From the NCBI GenBank assembly GCA_964370865.1, contig CAYJKF010000003.1:86359-150358 (forward strand): DNA of 64,000 nucleotides, given 5' to 3'. Each line of letters begins with the position of its first letter. Within the stretch, counting starts at the first letter, position 1. The DNA is from an uncultured Candidatus Saccharibacteria bacterium (GTDB lineage Bacteria > Patescibacteriota > WWE3 > 2-01-FULL-39-13). Both the position numbers and the translations under genes were made by a program. This document shows positions 1 to 10,500 of the stretch, in pieces. The notes beneath the pieces are model-generated. The model saw only the letters and a list, made by a program, of their open reading frames with translations, searched no databases and was not told where the DNA came from.

Positions 1-384
1 CAATTTCAAGGCGTCTATGTAGATAAAAATGTGGATTTAGGACACCTTAAATGGATGTTCACTAAATCACTTAAATTTGTTTTAGGTGAGGAGACTGAAA
101 TTAGATTCAGATCTAAATTTTACCCTGAAGTTGAACCAGGAATGAGCCCAGACATTAAATGTAGGTTTTGTGACGGGGTCGGATGTGAAATATGCAAATA
201 TAGAGGCTGGATAGAAATCGCTGGTGGAGGAATGATACATTCTAAAACTTTAGAAATGGCAGGAATCGATTCCAATATGTATTCAGGTTTTGCTTTTGGG
301 TGGGGCCTTGACCGAATAGTTATGTCTAAATATGGCATACGAGATATGCGATTATTATTTAATGGAAGCATAGTTTATCAATAG
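1..384 (+). CDS. pheS: Phenylalanine-tRNA ligase alpha subunit, C-terminal part (5' truncated by window edge)
   Basis: Frame 1 is open from base 1 (QFQGVYVDKNV...). Motifs RFR..YPEVEP, WIEIAGGGM and GFAFGWGLDR. Directly upstream of pheT. Confidence 0.93.
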   Translation, partial: QFQGVYVDKNVDLGHLKWMFTKSLKFVLGEETEIRFRSKFYPEVEPGMSPDIKCRFCDGVGCEICKYRGWIEIAGGGMIHSKTLEMAGIDSNMYSGFAFGWGLDRIVMSKYGIRDMRLLFNGSIVYQ

Positions 385-387
385 AAT

Positions 388-2373
388 ATGAAAGTCCCAC
401 TAAACTGGTTATCAGACTACATAAAATTAAATCACACGCCTGAAGAATTCGGCAAAATAATGACTGACCTTGAGTTTATGCAAGATGGTCCGATTGTTGA
501 GGTAAATGGTCAAAAAGTTATAGAAATAGAAGTTAGGCAAAATAGACCTGATTTACTTTCAATAATTGGCGTCGCAAGAGAATACGCAGCATACATTGAT
601 TCCAATATTACTGAAGCTAAAAAACTCGAAAATAGCGAAATTAAAGTTGAATGGGGCAGTCCAGATCAAAATCTTAAAGTTGACGAGCCAGAAATCGTAA
701 AAAGATTTTGTTCGGTAGAACTTAGTAATGTTAAGATTAAACAGTCACCTAATTGGCTTCGAAATAATCTAGAAGCCTACGGTATTAATACTATTAACAA
801 TGTCGTCGATATAACGAATTACGTAATGCTTGAATATGGAATGCCATTGCATGCTTTTGACTTCAATAAATTGACTAAAAAGGATGGCTCACCATTATTA
901 ACCTTACGACTAGCTACTAATGGGGAAGTATTCAAAACTTGGCAAAATACATCCTTAAAGCTCTCAGAGGACGATTTAGTAATTTCGGATAACGAGAAAC
1001 CAGTAGCCCTAGCCGGAATAATAGGGGGTGCGAACTCAGATATCGACGAACAAACTACACATATAATTCTCGAATCAGCTTGCTACAACCAAGCAGTTAT
1101 TAGAAAGACCTCACAAAAACATGGAATTAGAACAGAAGCATCAAGTAGACATGAAAAATTTCTGAATCCTTCAATGGTAACAGCGGCTATTCTTCGTGCT
1201 TTATACCTATTAACCGACTTGACTGAAGCTAAAATAGTAGCAATCGAAGACCATAATATAAATGAAAATCAAGAAAAAAGAATAATTGAGTTTAATACAA
1301 ATGAAATAACTAGGTTAGGTGGTGTGGAACTCGATATAGATTTAACCATCTCCTTATTAAGAAGATTTGGGTTTCAGGTAATAGACCATATTCAAGAAAT
1401 CGGAATTAGTAAAAGTTCGCTCACGGTTCTTGTACCTAATTGGAGAACTGACATCACAAATAATGCAGATTTAGTTGAGGAAGTATTACGCCTTTGGGGA
1501 TATGAGAACATCGAGGTCAGGCCAATTAGTTCAACTCCACCGGAATTTAAAACTCCTAATTTAATATTACTTGAATCAAAACTTAAAAATATTTTAGTCG
1601 AGCTAGGTTTATATGAGCAACAAACCAGCCCACTAGTGAAAGCCAATCCAAAAAACACTAAGCAAATTAAGATTGAGAATCCGCTAAATGTTGAAAACGA
1701 GGCTCTTAGGACTACTATCTCTGAAACACTATCACCAATAATTGAATATTATAAAAAGTCAGGCAAATCAAAATTCGGATTATTCGAAGCCGGAAAGATT
1801 TTCTATCTTAAAAAAGAGAATGATTTTTACGAAGAAAAAGTAATAGAAGTCTTATACAGCGGTTATACTTTTGAATCTAAAATAAAGCCGGATTTATTAG
1901 CCCTGTTTAACAGAATAGGAGTACGGGAAGCCGATTTAAATTGGAAACTTGACGATAAAAAATTAGAATATTTTATAGAAAAAATCCCAGTGGCAACTTT
2001 AACTAAAAATGGTTTTACAATTTACACAGAAGAACTAGCAAATATAGTTAGCGCTGATGACATCCCCGCATTAAATATTAAAACAGATTATGTTCAAAGA
2101 ATTAGAGAAGACATTTCTTTGGTAATCGATAATAATCAAGCATTAGGAGAAGTTGCAGATGCTATTAAGTCAGCAAGCTCTTATGTAAAAGATGTAGTAG
2201 TGAAAGTTACTTTTAGTGATGATAAGTTAGGCAATGATAAAAAGTCAGTAACACTTGGAATAGATTTTGAAGATATGGAAAATTTACTTACTCGACAAAA
2301 AATAGAAGAAATAAAAAGCAATTTCTTATCGATACTAAAAAAGAATTATAAAATTCCTCTTAAAGATATCTAA
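388..2373 (+). CDS. pheT: Phenylalanine-tRNA ligase beta subunit (short form, apparently lacking the B2 OB fold)
   Basis: MKVPLNWL start, NRPDLLSIIGVARE, B3/4 editing region (NNVVDITNYVMLEYGMPLHAFD), VPNWRTDI..DLVEEVLR, and a C-terminal anticodon-binding-like domain. Confidence 0.95.
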   Translation: MKVPLNWLSDYIKLNHTPEEFGKIMTDLEFMQDGPIVEVNGQKVIEIEVRQNRPDLLSIIGVAREYAAYIDSNITEAKKLENSEIKVEWGSPDQNLKVDEPEIVKRFCSVELSNVKIKQSPNWLRNNLEAYGINTINNVVDITNYVMLEYGMPLHAFDFNKLTKKDGSPLLTLRLATNGEVFKTWQNTSLKLSEDDLVISDNEKPVALAGIIGGANSDIDEQTTHIILESACYNQAVIRKTSQKHGIRTEASSRHEKFLNPSMVTAAILRALYLLTDLTEAKIVAIEDHNINENQEKRIIEFNTNEITRLGGVELDIDLTISLLRRFGFQVIDHIQEIGISKSSLTVLVPNWRTDITNNADLVEEVLRLWGYENIEVRPISSTPPEFKTPNLILLESKLKNILVELGLYEQQTSPLVKANPKNTKQIKIENPLNVENEALRTTISETLSPIIEYYKKSGKSKFGLFEAGKIFYLKKENDFYEEKVIEVLYSGYTFESKIKPDLLALFNRIGVREADLNWKLDDKKLEYFIEKIPVATLTKNGFTIYTEELANIVSADDIPALNIKTDYVQRIREDISLVIDNNQALGEVADAIKSASSYVKDVVVKVTFSDDKLGNDKKSVTLGIDFEDMENLLTRQKIEEIKSNFLSILKKNYKIPLKDI

Positions 2374-2384
2374 ACATCTTTAAC

Positions 2385-4697
2385 TTAATCATCATCATCG
2401 TCGTCATTACAATCATTCAGGTCAAAACGATCTGGCTTCTCTTCTTTTTCAAAGTCAGGACCCATATTCTTAAATAATTGACCTTCATCATCCTCAAATC
2501 TGTCTTCAACCCATGATATTACAAATGGTTGCCAATCAGTTTTCTCTGCTTTATGTATAATGTAAACTTTATCTTCAATCTCCCCATCATCACAGATTTT
2601 TTCACGTCTAAACATTTCTGATTTTGCTTTTGGCTCAGTCCCTTTTACAAAATACTCAATGCGGCCTTCTTCTTCACCATCATAAGGAACCATTCCAGAA
2701 AGTGTACCAACTCTTACATCAACTATACTTTCCGGTTTAGTAAACTCCTTATTGGGCTTATTTTTTAAGAAGTGAACAATTGATCGATTCCAAATTGGTG
2801 CTGCACCTGTAAGACCTGAAGCAAGTCTGGCATTCATTGCAGTTCCATCGTTATTACCAACCCAGACCCCAATAGCAATATCCTGAGTGTAACCAACCGT
2901 CCAGTTATCCTTTAAATCGTTTGAGGTACCGGTTTTAACAGCAACTTTGTTTTGAGGAATATTTAACTGTGAGTTTGCTCCAAAAGCAGATGACCTTGCT
3001 GAATTATCAGAAAGGATACTAGAAATAATCCATACCAAACCTTCATCTACAACTCTTATTCCTTTTACATCAAAATATCTGTCTAAAACGTCACCCTTAT
3101 AATCCTTAACTTCTAAGATAGGTGAAAGTTCTTTATACACTCCACCAGCTCCAAGCGATGCAAAACCATTTGTGAGATCGAGTAATGTAACCTCACCACC
3201 ACCAAGACTTAGTGCTAATCCATGTTTAGATGGATCGTATTTTAAGGCTTTAATTCCTAGGTTATTTGCTAAATCGACCATAGTTTGTATTCCTACCAAG
3301 TCCAGCATTTTAACCGCCGTTACATTAACGGAGTTAGCCAAGGCGTACCTTATTTGAATAGGCCCCCTAAATCCCCAACCACCATAGTTTTTGGGATCAT
3401 ATGGTTCTAGTCCAACACCACGGTCAAACTCTGTGTAGACATCATACATCAGAGTAGAAGCGGTATATCCTTTCATTAATCCTGCCAAATAGATAAAAGG
3501 TTTTAACGTCGATCCAGGCTGTCTGTGTCCATCTACTACTATATTGAATTGACCTGTACTATTATCAGCAAAGTAATCACGAGACCCAACCATCGCAAGT
3601 ATCTGTCTGGTCTGTGGATCTATAGCAACTAAGCCGGCATTTCCTACTCCAAGAGTTGAAGCTTTTTCAACTTCTTCTCGCAAAATTTGTTCATATGTTT
3701 CCTGCAACGTAAGATCCAAGCTAGTTGTTACATTTAATCCACTATTTAAATATTCTTCTCCATATCTCTCTCGTAATAAATCAAGAACATACATTACAAA
3801 ATGTGGCGCTTTTAGAGTACCTTTAATTTCGGCATAATTGAGTTCTTCTTCAACGGCTGCATTATAATCCTCTTCTGAGAGATACTGTCTATTTCCATCT
3901 CGGTCAACCCACCCTCGATCTTTCATTAGATATAGAACATATTTCTGCCGATTCTTAGCGGCTTCCGGATCTCGAAAAGGAGAGTAATAGGTTGGCCTTT
4001 GTGGCAATCCTGCAATTAATGCCGACTCAGATAAAGTTAAATCTTTGGCTGACTTATTAAATAGAGACTTAGCAGATGCCTCTACACCCCAGGTGGTACC
4101 TCCATATGGAACTTCATTTAAATACATCTGTAATATGTCATCTTTAGAATACTTGCGCTCGATTTGTAGCGCCAACACAACATCCTTAATTTTTCTTGGT
4201 AGCGTTCTATCTTGGGTTAATAAGGCGTTTTTGGCAACCTGTTGAGTAATTGTTGAACCCCCTTGTTTACTTGATGTAAAAATTGTCACGTATATACTTC
4301 TTGCAATTCCGAATGGATCAATTCCCTCATGTAAGTAAAATTCAGCATCTTCAGCCGCTAACGTCGCAGATATAAGATGAGGAGAAACATTATCTAGAGT
4401 TATTAGAGTTCGATTTTTATCATTAAATACTGAATATAAAAGCGCTCCATTTCTATCAAAAATCTTCGTAGCCTGTTCGATTGGTCTATTGGTAAGTTTA
4501 GAAGGAGAGGGGAGAGTACTAGAAAAAGCAGTAAAGACAAAAATTATCGCTAAAGCACTAAAAAGACTTCCGATAAATCCAATGCCGGAAAATACAGCTA
4601 ACCAATATAAGACCCTAGTCTGTCGGTCCTTTTTAGCTCTGGGAACTGAAATATTATTGTGGTTACCAAGCGTAACTCTATTGATTACTTTGTGCAT
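2385..4697 (-). CDS. Class A penicillin-binding protein (transglycosylase/transpeptidase, PBP1A family)
   Basis: N-terminal TM helix. GT51 motifs EDAEFYLH and GGSTITQQVAKN. Transpeptidase motifs STLK, SVN and KTGT. Confidence 0.95.
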   Translation of the reverse strand: MHKVINRVTLGNHNNISVPRAKKDRQTRVLYWLAVFSGIGFIGSLFSALAIIFVFTAFSSTLPSPSKLTNRPIEQATKIFDRNGALLYSVFNDKNRTLITLDNVSPHLISATLAAEDAEFYLHEGIDPFGIARSIYVTIFTSSKQGGSTITQQVAKNALLTQDRTLPRKIKDVVLALQIERKYSKDDILQMYLNEVPYGGTTWGVEASAKSLFNKSAKDLTLSESALIAGLPQRPTYYSPFRDPEAAKNRQKYVLYLMKDRGWVDRDGNRQYLSEEDYNAAVEEELNYAEIKGTLKAPHFVMYVLDLLRERYGEEYLNSGLNVTTSLDLTLQETYEQILREEVEKASTLGVGNAGLVAIDPQTRQILAMVGSRDYFADNSTGQFNIVVDGHRQPGSTLKPFIYLAGLMKGYTASTLMYDVYTEFDRGVGLEPYDPKNYGGWGFRGPIQIRYALANSVNVTAVKMLDLVGIQTMVDLANNLGIKALKYDPSKHGLALSLGGGEVTLLDLTNGFASLGAGGVYKELSPILEVKDYKGDVLDRYFDVKGIRVVDEGLVWIISSILSDNSARSSAFGANSQLNIPQNKVAVKTGTSNDLKDNWTVGYTQDIAIGVWVGNNDGTAMNARLASGLTGAAPIWNRSIVHFLKNKPNKEFTKPESIVDVRVGTLSGMVPYDGEEEGRIEYFVKGTEPKAKSEMFRREKICDDGEIEDKVYIIHKAEKTDWQPFVISWVEDRFEDDEGQLFKNMGPDFEKEEKPDRFDLNDCNDDDDDD

Positions 4698-4788
4698 TTC
4701 TTCACAATTTTACCATACTAATTGCCCCCTTTCTTATGCTACAATAATCGGGTAAAAGGCTTAATGGGCGCGGAAATTATCCACATAT

Positions 4789-4874
4789 CCAGGGGTGGCG
4801 GAGCGGCCAATCGCACCTGACTGTAAATCAGGCGGGTTTACCCTGCGTAAGTTCGAATCTTACCCCCTGGACCA
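4789..4874 (+). tRNA. tRNA-Tyr(GTA) with C1-G72 and a long variable arm
   Basis: Acceptor CCAGGGG/CCCCTGG plus A-CCA. Anticodon arm CCTGA-CTGTAAA-TCAGG. T arm GTAAG-TTCGAAT-CTTAC. V arm GGG-TTTA-CCC. Confidence 0.95.
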
Positions 4875-4922
4875 AGTATTGCCATATTTACGTACCTCCT
4901 TTTCTGTTATAATTTTTTTGTT

Positions 4923-6020
4923 ATGCCACTGCCATCAAAAAATCTGCCTGGAATTTCCAAAGTTAAATTATTAATAATAATATTTGTAGTCGCACTACTT
5001 TCTAGTGGTGGCTATTTGGGGTATCTGTATTTAAAAGGTGATTCAGTCGTAGTTGCTAACGATAGTACTGACCAAAGCGAAAATGCAGAAAATCCCCCTA
5101 TTGAAGATATTAATACCGAGAGAGATTTAGGCATAATCAATGATGAAAACTCTTTAACTTCTGGAACTGTTGAGAAAACCGCACTTCAAAAACTAAAGGA
5201 AGCCGTTAGTCCAAGTGATAAAACCAGACCATTTAATATTTTAATATTAGGAATTGATCGACGTCATGGAAATCAAACTAGTTGGAGAACCGATGTAATT
5301 CAACTTGTAACTCTGTCTTCTGATAGAAAAAAAGCAGTGGTTACGCATATTCCAAGAGATGTTTGGGTTGAAAATTATAAAATTAACGCCGTATACAACC
5401 TCCAAGGTCCCGACGCGATTAAAGACACCATAACAATGATAACTGGACAGAGACCTGACCGAATTATAAGAATCGACTTTGACGCTTTTGTATATGCAGT
5501 CGATATGGTTGGTGGAGTAAATATAGATAATCCAAATCAATTCACAGATACTGGCTATCCGGATGATAGAAATGGTAGCGACCAAGCTATCGAAATTAGT
5601 TTTCCAAAAGGTGAACAAGAGTTAAGTGGGGAGAAAGCTTTACAATATGTTAGATCAAGAAAAGGTACCAATGGAGAAGGTAGTGATTACGCTAGAGGTA
5701 GACGACAACAAGTCGTGATGAAAGCGATTCTTGCAGACTTTTTTACACCTAATAGTATAAATCCTAAAACAGCAGAAACTTTGTATCGCATTGCTACGGA
5801 AAAGATCTATACAGATTTAAATCTTGCCGATACTCAAATTCTATTTGAACTTCTTAAGAATTATAAAGATATTCAGATTAATACCCTAAGTTTGGATACA
5901 ACCAATTACTTAGAAGTTCCTGCTGACAGCAGTCCTTACGGAGGACAATGGGTATTAAGAGGAAAAGGAGATAGCTATGTTGATATCCAAAAGAAGATTA
6001 CTGAATTAATACTTCCTTAA
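4923..6020 (+). CDS. LytR-CpsA-Psr (LCP) family cell-envelope glycopolymer transferase
   Basis: N-terminal TM helix; NILILGIDRR, RTDVI, IPRD, KINA, YVRSR and DYARGRRQQ motifs. Confidence 0.92.
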   Translation: MPLPSKNLPGISKVKLLIIIFVVALLSSGGYLGYLYLKGDSVVVANDSTDQSENAENPPIEDINTERDLGIINDENSLTSGTVEKTALQKLKEAVSPSDKTRPFNILILGIDRRHGNQTSWRTDVIQLVTLSSDRKKAVVTHIPRDVWVENYKINAVYNLQGPDAIKDTITMITGQRPDRIIRIDFDAFVYAVDMVGGVNIDNPNQFTDTGYPDDRNGSDQAIEISFPKGEQELSGEKALQYVRSRKGTNGEGSDYARGRRQQVVMKAILADFFTPNSINPKTAETLYRIATEKIYTDLNLADTQILFELLKNYKDIQINTLSLDTTNYLEVPADSSPYGGQWVLRGKGDSYVDIQKKITELILP

Positions 6021-6029
6021 TTAGCTTGA

Positions 6030-6512
6030 TTATCTAAAGTTAACTGTAATTTCCACAGCATCGCCATTCTCTAGTAGTCCGGAAGAATAAGATTTCTGTA
6101 AGATTAATGAACCGGAATCTCCATATTCTGGAACGGTAAAAGTTAATTCAGCTGTAAACGGAACAAATTCTTCAGTCATCCATTCGCCATCAGCTTGTGC
6201 AATACCTTCGGCAATAATTAAGCCATCCCAATCTGTAAGTACAACTGGAAATGAACCCTCAAAAAACCATCCGCCGCGAGCGCTACCGGTTACTAACAAA
6301 GGAGAGGTAACGATTTCTCCAGCAGTTGGATAATTTAAAACGACCATATCATTTAAGACATTTTCTTCAACAGGCATTTCGGATTCATCAAATACTACTT
6401 CATCATTCTCAGGCAATGGGGTAACGGCATTCTGAGTTTTATTCATTAAAAACCAGATTGATAATATTAAGAGTCCAATAAAAAAGAGTATTTTGATGTT
6501 GGTGTTATTCAT
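6030..6512 (-). CDS. Membrane-anchored Gmad2-like immunoglobulin-fold protein
   Basis: N-terminal TM helix; ITSP-like LVTGSARG-WFFEGSFPVVL pattern recalled for the Gmad2 family. Confidence 0.7.
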   Translation of the reverse strand: MNNTNIKILFFIGLLILSIWFLMNKTQNAVTPLPENDEVVFDESEMPVEENVLNDMVVLNYPTAGEIVTSPLLVTGSARGGWFFEGSFPVVLTDWDGLIIAEGIAQADGEWMTEEFVPFTAELTFTVPEYGDSGSLILQKSYSSGLLENGDAVEITVNFR

Positions 6513-6578
6513 ATAAATTTAGTGTACAGATTAAGCGAAGGATAGGCAAATGTATTCTAAAAATTCAAAAATTTTCAA

Positions 6579-6935
6579 CTAGTTACAACAACCTTTGCAC
6601 TCTCCATTATCACAATAAACTTTTTCCGACGGACACAAAATCATACTCCCACGCCTCCCACTATTTTTAGCGCAATGCTGCGTAGTATTTTCGTAATTAC
6701 AATCTAAATCAGAGGTACAAGAAATTGTCGATGGCTGCTTAAATGGCACATCGGCACCTTCGTAAAAACACATGGGATATGAATACCCACATGTATAACC
6801 TGCCATTTCTAAAACTGCCACTGGTACATTATCTAGTTGAGTCTCAGTCGGGGCAAACGGAGCAATAATTAAGAAAATAAGGAAAAGTATTCCTATAACC
6901 GCGCTTACAATTAACAAGATATATGCTTTCCTCAC
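6579..6935 (-). CDS. Small Cys-rich membrane-anchored hypothetical protein
   Basis: TM helix followed by a 10-Cys extracellular region. TGTTACACT -10-like element 6 nt before the GTG start. Confidence 0.7.
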   Translation of the reverse strand: MRKAYILLIVSAVIGILFLIFLIIAPFAPTETQLDNVPVAVLEMAGYTCGYSYPMCFYEGADVPFKQPSTISCTSDLDCNYENTTQHCAKNSGRRGSMILCPSEKVYCDNGECKGCCN

Positions 6936-6970
6936 AGTTTAAGTGTAACACTCAAATCAGTGCTACAATG

Positions 6971-7450
6971 TTACTCTCTTGAAAGGTATTCCGGGACAAT
7001 TTTTAAATCCAGATATTTTCTTTGAGTAGGTTTTGGTAAATACTTAAAGTCTTGAATAACTTTACGACAATTTATTGCTCCACAATTACAATTCATTACC
7101 CAATTATCTTCGTCCATTGTAGTTGAATAATCCCAAGTAATTTCTTCTCCTGCATATATTTTTCTAATAGAAATTAGGCTAACTTTATTGGCACTTATTC
7201 GTAATCCTGAATTTGGATCACATGAATGATTTATATAATCATCCAAATCGCCTGAAGGACCCATATACAGCTCTTTTCCAACCTGTACATAATGATCAAT
7301 TACGTTGTTATAAGGGGAAGGTAATTCTTTATAATTATATATTTTTCCATGAAACTCTATAATGACTTGTCCTTTGCCAATCATATTATTCGAGAAGACT
7401 CCTTTCCCATTATTAGTTTTCCCAATACTTAGCGAGAATCTGTTTTGCAC
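6971..7450 (-). CDS. SET-domain protein-lysine methyltransferase with post-SET Cys motif
   Basis: GKGVF, INHSCDPN, GEEITWDY and CNCGAINCR. Confidence 0.92.
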   Translation of the reverse strand: MQNRFSLSIGKTNNGKGVFSNNMIGKGQVIIEFHGKIYNYKELPSPYNNVIDHYVQVGKELYMGPSGDLDDYINHSCDPNSGLRISANKVSLISIRKIYAGEEITWDYSTTMDEDNWVMNCNCGAINCRKVIQDFKYLPKPTQRKYLDLKIVPEYLSRE

Positions 7451-7539
7451 ACGATTATTATAGCTAAGAAAATTATTAGCAGGTCCATGTAAAAAATATG
7501 TGTTGACATTGTTCTCTTATGATGTTGAGATATATGTAA

Positions 7540-10500
7540 GTGAAGAAGAATATTGTCAGGCTATTATCATTTGTTGGGTTTTTATTTATTTGTGCCAATA
7601 GCGCTGTCGCTGCTTCGACTCCAACTGTTACAAATTTCACACCACTTTCAACTTCAGTTGGAACCTTTCAAAAATTCGAAGCAAATTTTACTATTTCGCA
7701 AACATTTCCAACTGATTCACTTCTACCATATTATTTTTATGACCCTGCCGATAATTCTGCTACAGACCCAGGAAGAAATTCACCATATGGCATAGATGGA
7801 ATTTCAGTTGATGTACATTTTACTGCTCCTTCAGGAAAAACATTAGTAGTCCCTGCATTTTATTATCAAGACTATTCAAGAACAGGTTCTTATAGTTCAG
7901 GCATAACTTTAACTCCAACAAATAATTTTAACTGGAAAGTAAGATTTGCACCAAGCGAAGTAGGATTTTACGACTATTATGTAACTATTACTGATAAAAA
8001 TGGAACCACAAGATATCCAACAGCAAACAGTATGCAATTGACCGCAACTTCATCATCCTCAAAAGGATTTATTAAAGTTTCGGCACAAGACAAACGGTTT
8101 TTAGAGTTTACTAACGGTGACGCGTTTATCCCAGTCTCTAGTGGAAAACAGTGGTGGTCATGTTGCGGAAAAAGAAGTTTCGATTTCGAGAAAACCTTTA
8201 CTGATTTCGGTTTAAACGGTGTTAACTTTACAAGAATTTGGGATCAAAATGATGGATATGGTTTGACTGTTGAAGGAAAATATGATGGATACAAATATCC
8301 GGATGATTACCCTCCAATTGATACAGGTGTAAATATTGATGCAATACAAAAGGGAACTCAATTTAACCAAAGAGGAAACTATGAAGAAGATAAAATAATT
8401 GAGTCAGCAGAAAAGAATGGCGTTTATATACAACTTACATCTCACGGAGATCCATATTGGATTTGGGACGGTTCTACATATGATGAATCATGGAATAAAA
8501 CACCACAAATTTTTGGAAGCCAAAGACATTTAAGTTATTGGAAAAGAAACTTTAGATATAGAGTCGCACGTTGGGGATATTCTACAAGTGTTTTCGGGTG
8601 GGAAGCGTGGAATGAACACGGACACATTACTCCAGGAATGGATATCTATAATTTTTATTCCAAATATAGTAGTTATCAATTGCAAACAGATCCTTATAAA
8701 CATCTGAGAACCACCTCACAAGGATCACAGGCATTCAGTCCTGCATTCTGGTCGTCAGGATTTTTCGATGTAGCAAATTATCATAACTACATGATGGGTT
8801 GGTTTTCATCCGATTTAAAAAACGATGAGGCAAATTTTGTTTATAGGCAGGCTTGGTGTTTACGAGACATCACAAAACTTACTTCGGGAAGTTCTTACTG
8901 CAATGATCTAGGTTTGGGTGATGGAACAAAATGGTCTACAACCTTTGGTAACATGCCTTGGGTTTGGGGCGAAATTGACGTCGGTACAAATACTTGGAAT
9001 GAACCTAATCCACTTACAAAAACAGGTGAAGGAAGAGTTAGAATGTTGCACAATTTAGCTTGGTCCGGACTTTTCTCTCCTCTTGGTACGACACCAATAG
9101 ATTGGTATTGGGAAGGTGAAGATGTAAGTACAATTGCCAATAAACTTACTCAGAAAAAAGCGGTGTCTTCGTTTTTTAAAGATATTAAATATGATGATAA
9201 CCAAATGGTGTATACGATGAGTACTTCAGATACACCTCCAGGGTATATAGGCGAAACGGTTGACGTTACGAATTCTGCAATTCGGGTTTACGCGATGAAG
9301 AGTGCAAATAAACAATATGTTTATGGATGGATACAAAACAAAAATAATACTTGGGCCAACTCTGCTTCTACCACTTCTCCAATAAATGGAAAAGCTACTT
9401 TTAAAGGTTTGGGAACAAGCTCCTATAAGGTCGAAATATGGAATACGTATACTGGTCAAATAACTTCAAGCACAGTTATGACTCCTGTTAATGGATTGTT
9501 GGATATTAATGTCTCAAATCTTACGAATGATTTTGCTGTGAAAATGATCTCGACAAATATTACACCAACTCCTACACCTACTCCAACGCCAATTCCATCA
9601 CCAACCCCAACTCCCGTTACAAGTCCTACGCCTACACCGACACCTGCTATAACTGCAACTCCAACACCTACTGTTACTCCAAGTGCAATTGGGGATGGCG
9701 ATGTTAATGGTGACAGCACTGTAAGTACTATTGATATTACGACTCTTTTAAATAATTGGAATTCAACGATTTCAAGTAGTACTGACCAGTATCGAGATGG
9801 TAAAGTTAATGGCTTAGATTTTGCTGTTGTCGCATCTGCTTTAACAGCAGTTACACCTACACCGAGTCCTACACCAACAATTACACCAACGCCAACTCCT
9901 GTCGTTACACCAACGCCTACACCAGTTCCAACACCGACCCCGATACCTGAAGCCACTTCGGGTAGCTGGAACCAATTTGGAGGTAATGCTCAAAGAACAA
10001 ATTTTACATCTCAAACAGTTCAAACACCATGGAGGTTTAAGTGGCAATGGAATGGTTCTGATGCAAATGGTCAACCTCAATCGAATCATTTATCAGTACA
10101 AGATTTGGTACAACCCGTATCAGGAGGATCAAGAGTTTATATCGTAGCAAATAACACAGTCTATGCACTTGATAAAAATAGTACTAATAAAGTAAATGGA
10201 ACTGTCTTGTGGTCAAAGAGTGGTCTCGGCAATTTAAATTCTACTGTCGCTTATGCAAACGAATTCGTATATGTCACTTCATCAAATGGATTACAGAAAC
10301 TAGATGCATCTAATGGCTCGGTTGCGGGCACTTATAATGCAAATAGTGATTTGAAATTTGCGCCACTAATTAATGGTAACAATGTGGTTGTAGCAGCTGA
10401 TAATGGACATTTAATTGCTATTGATAAGAATTCATTAAGTAAAGTGTGGGAGTATGCTCCTACATCTTCTAGTACATCGGCAACAACAGCATCATACTCG

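Noticed and set aside
9456-9956. Antisense (GV)n ORFs here and at 45706..46044
   Set aside because: They are mirror images of Pro/Thr linkers on the coding strand.
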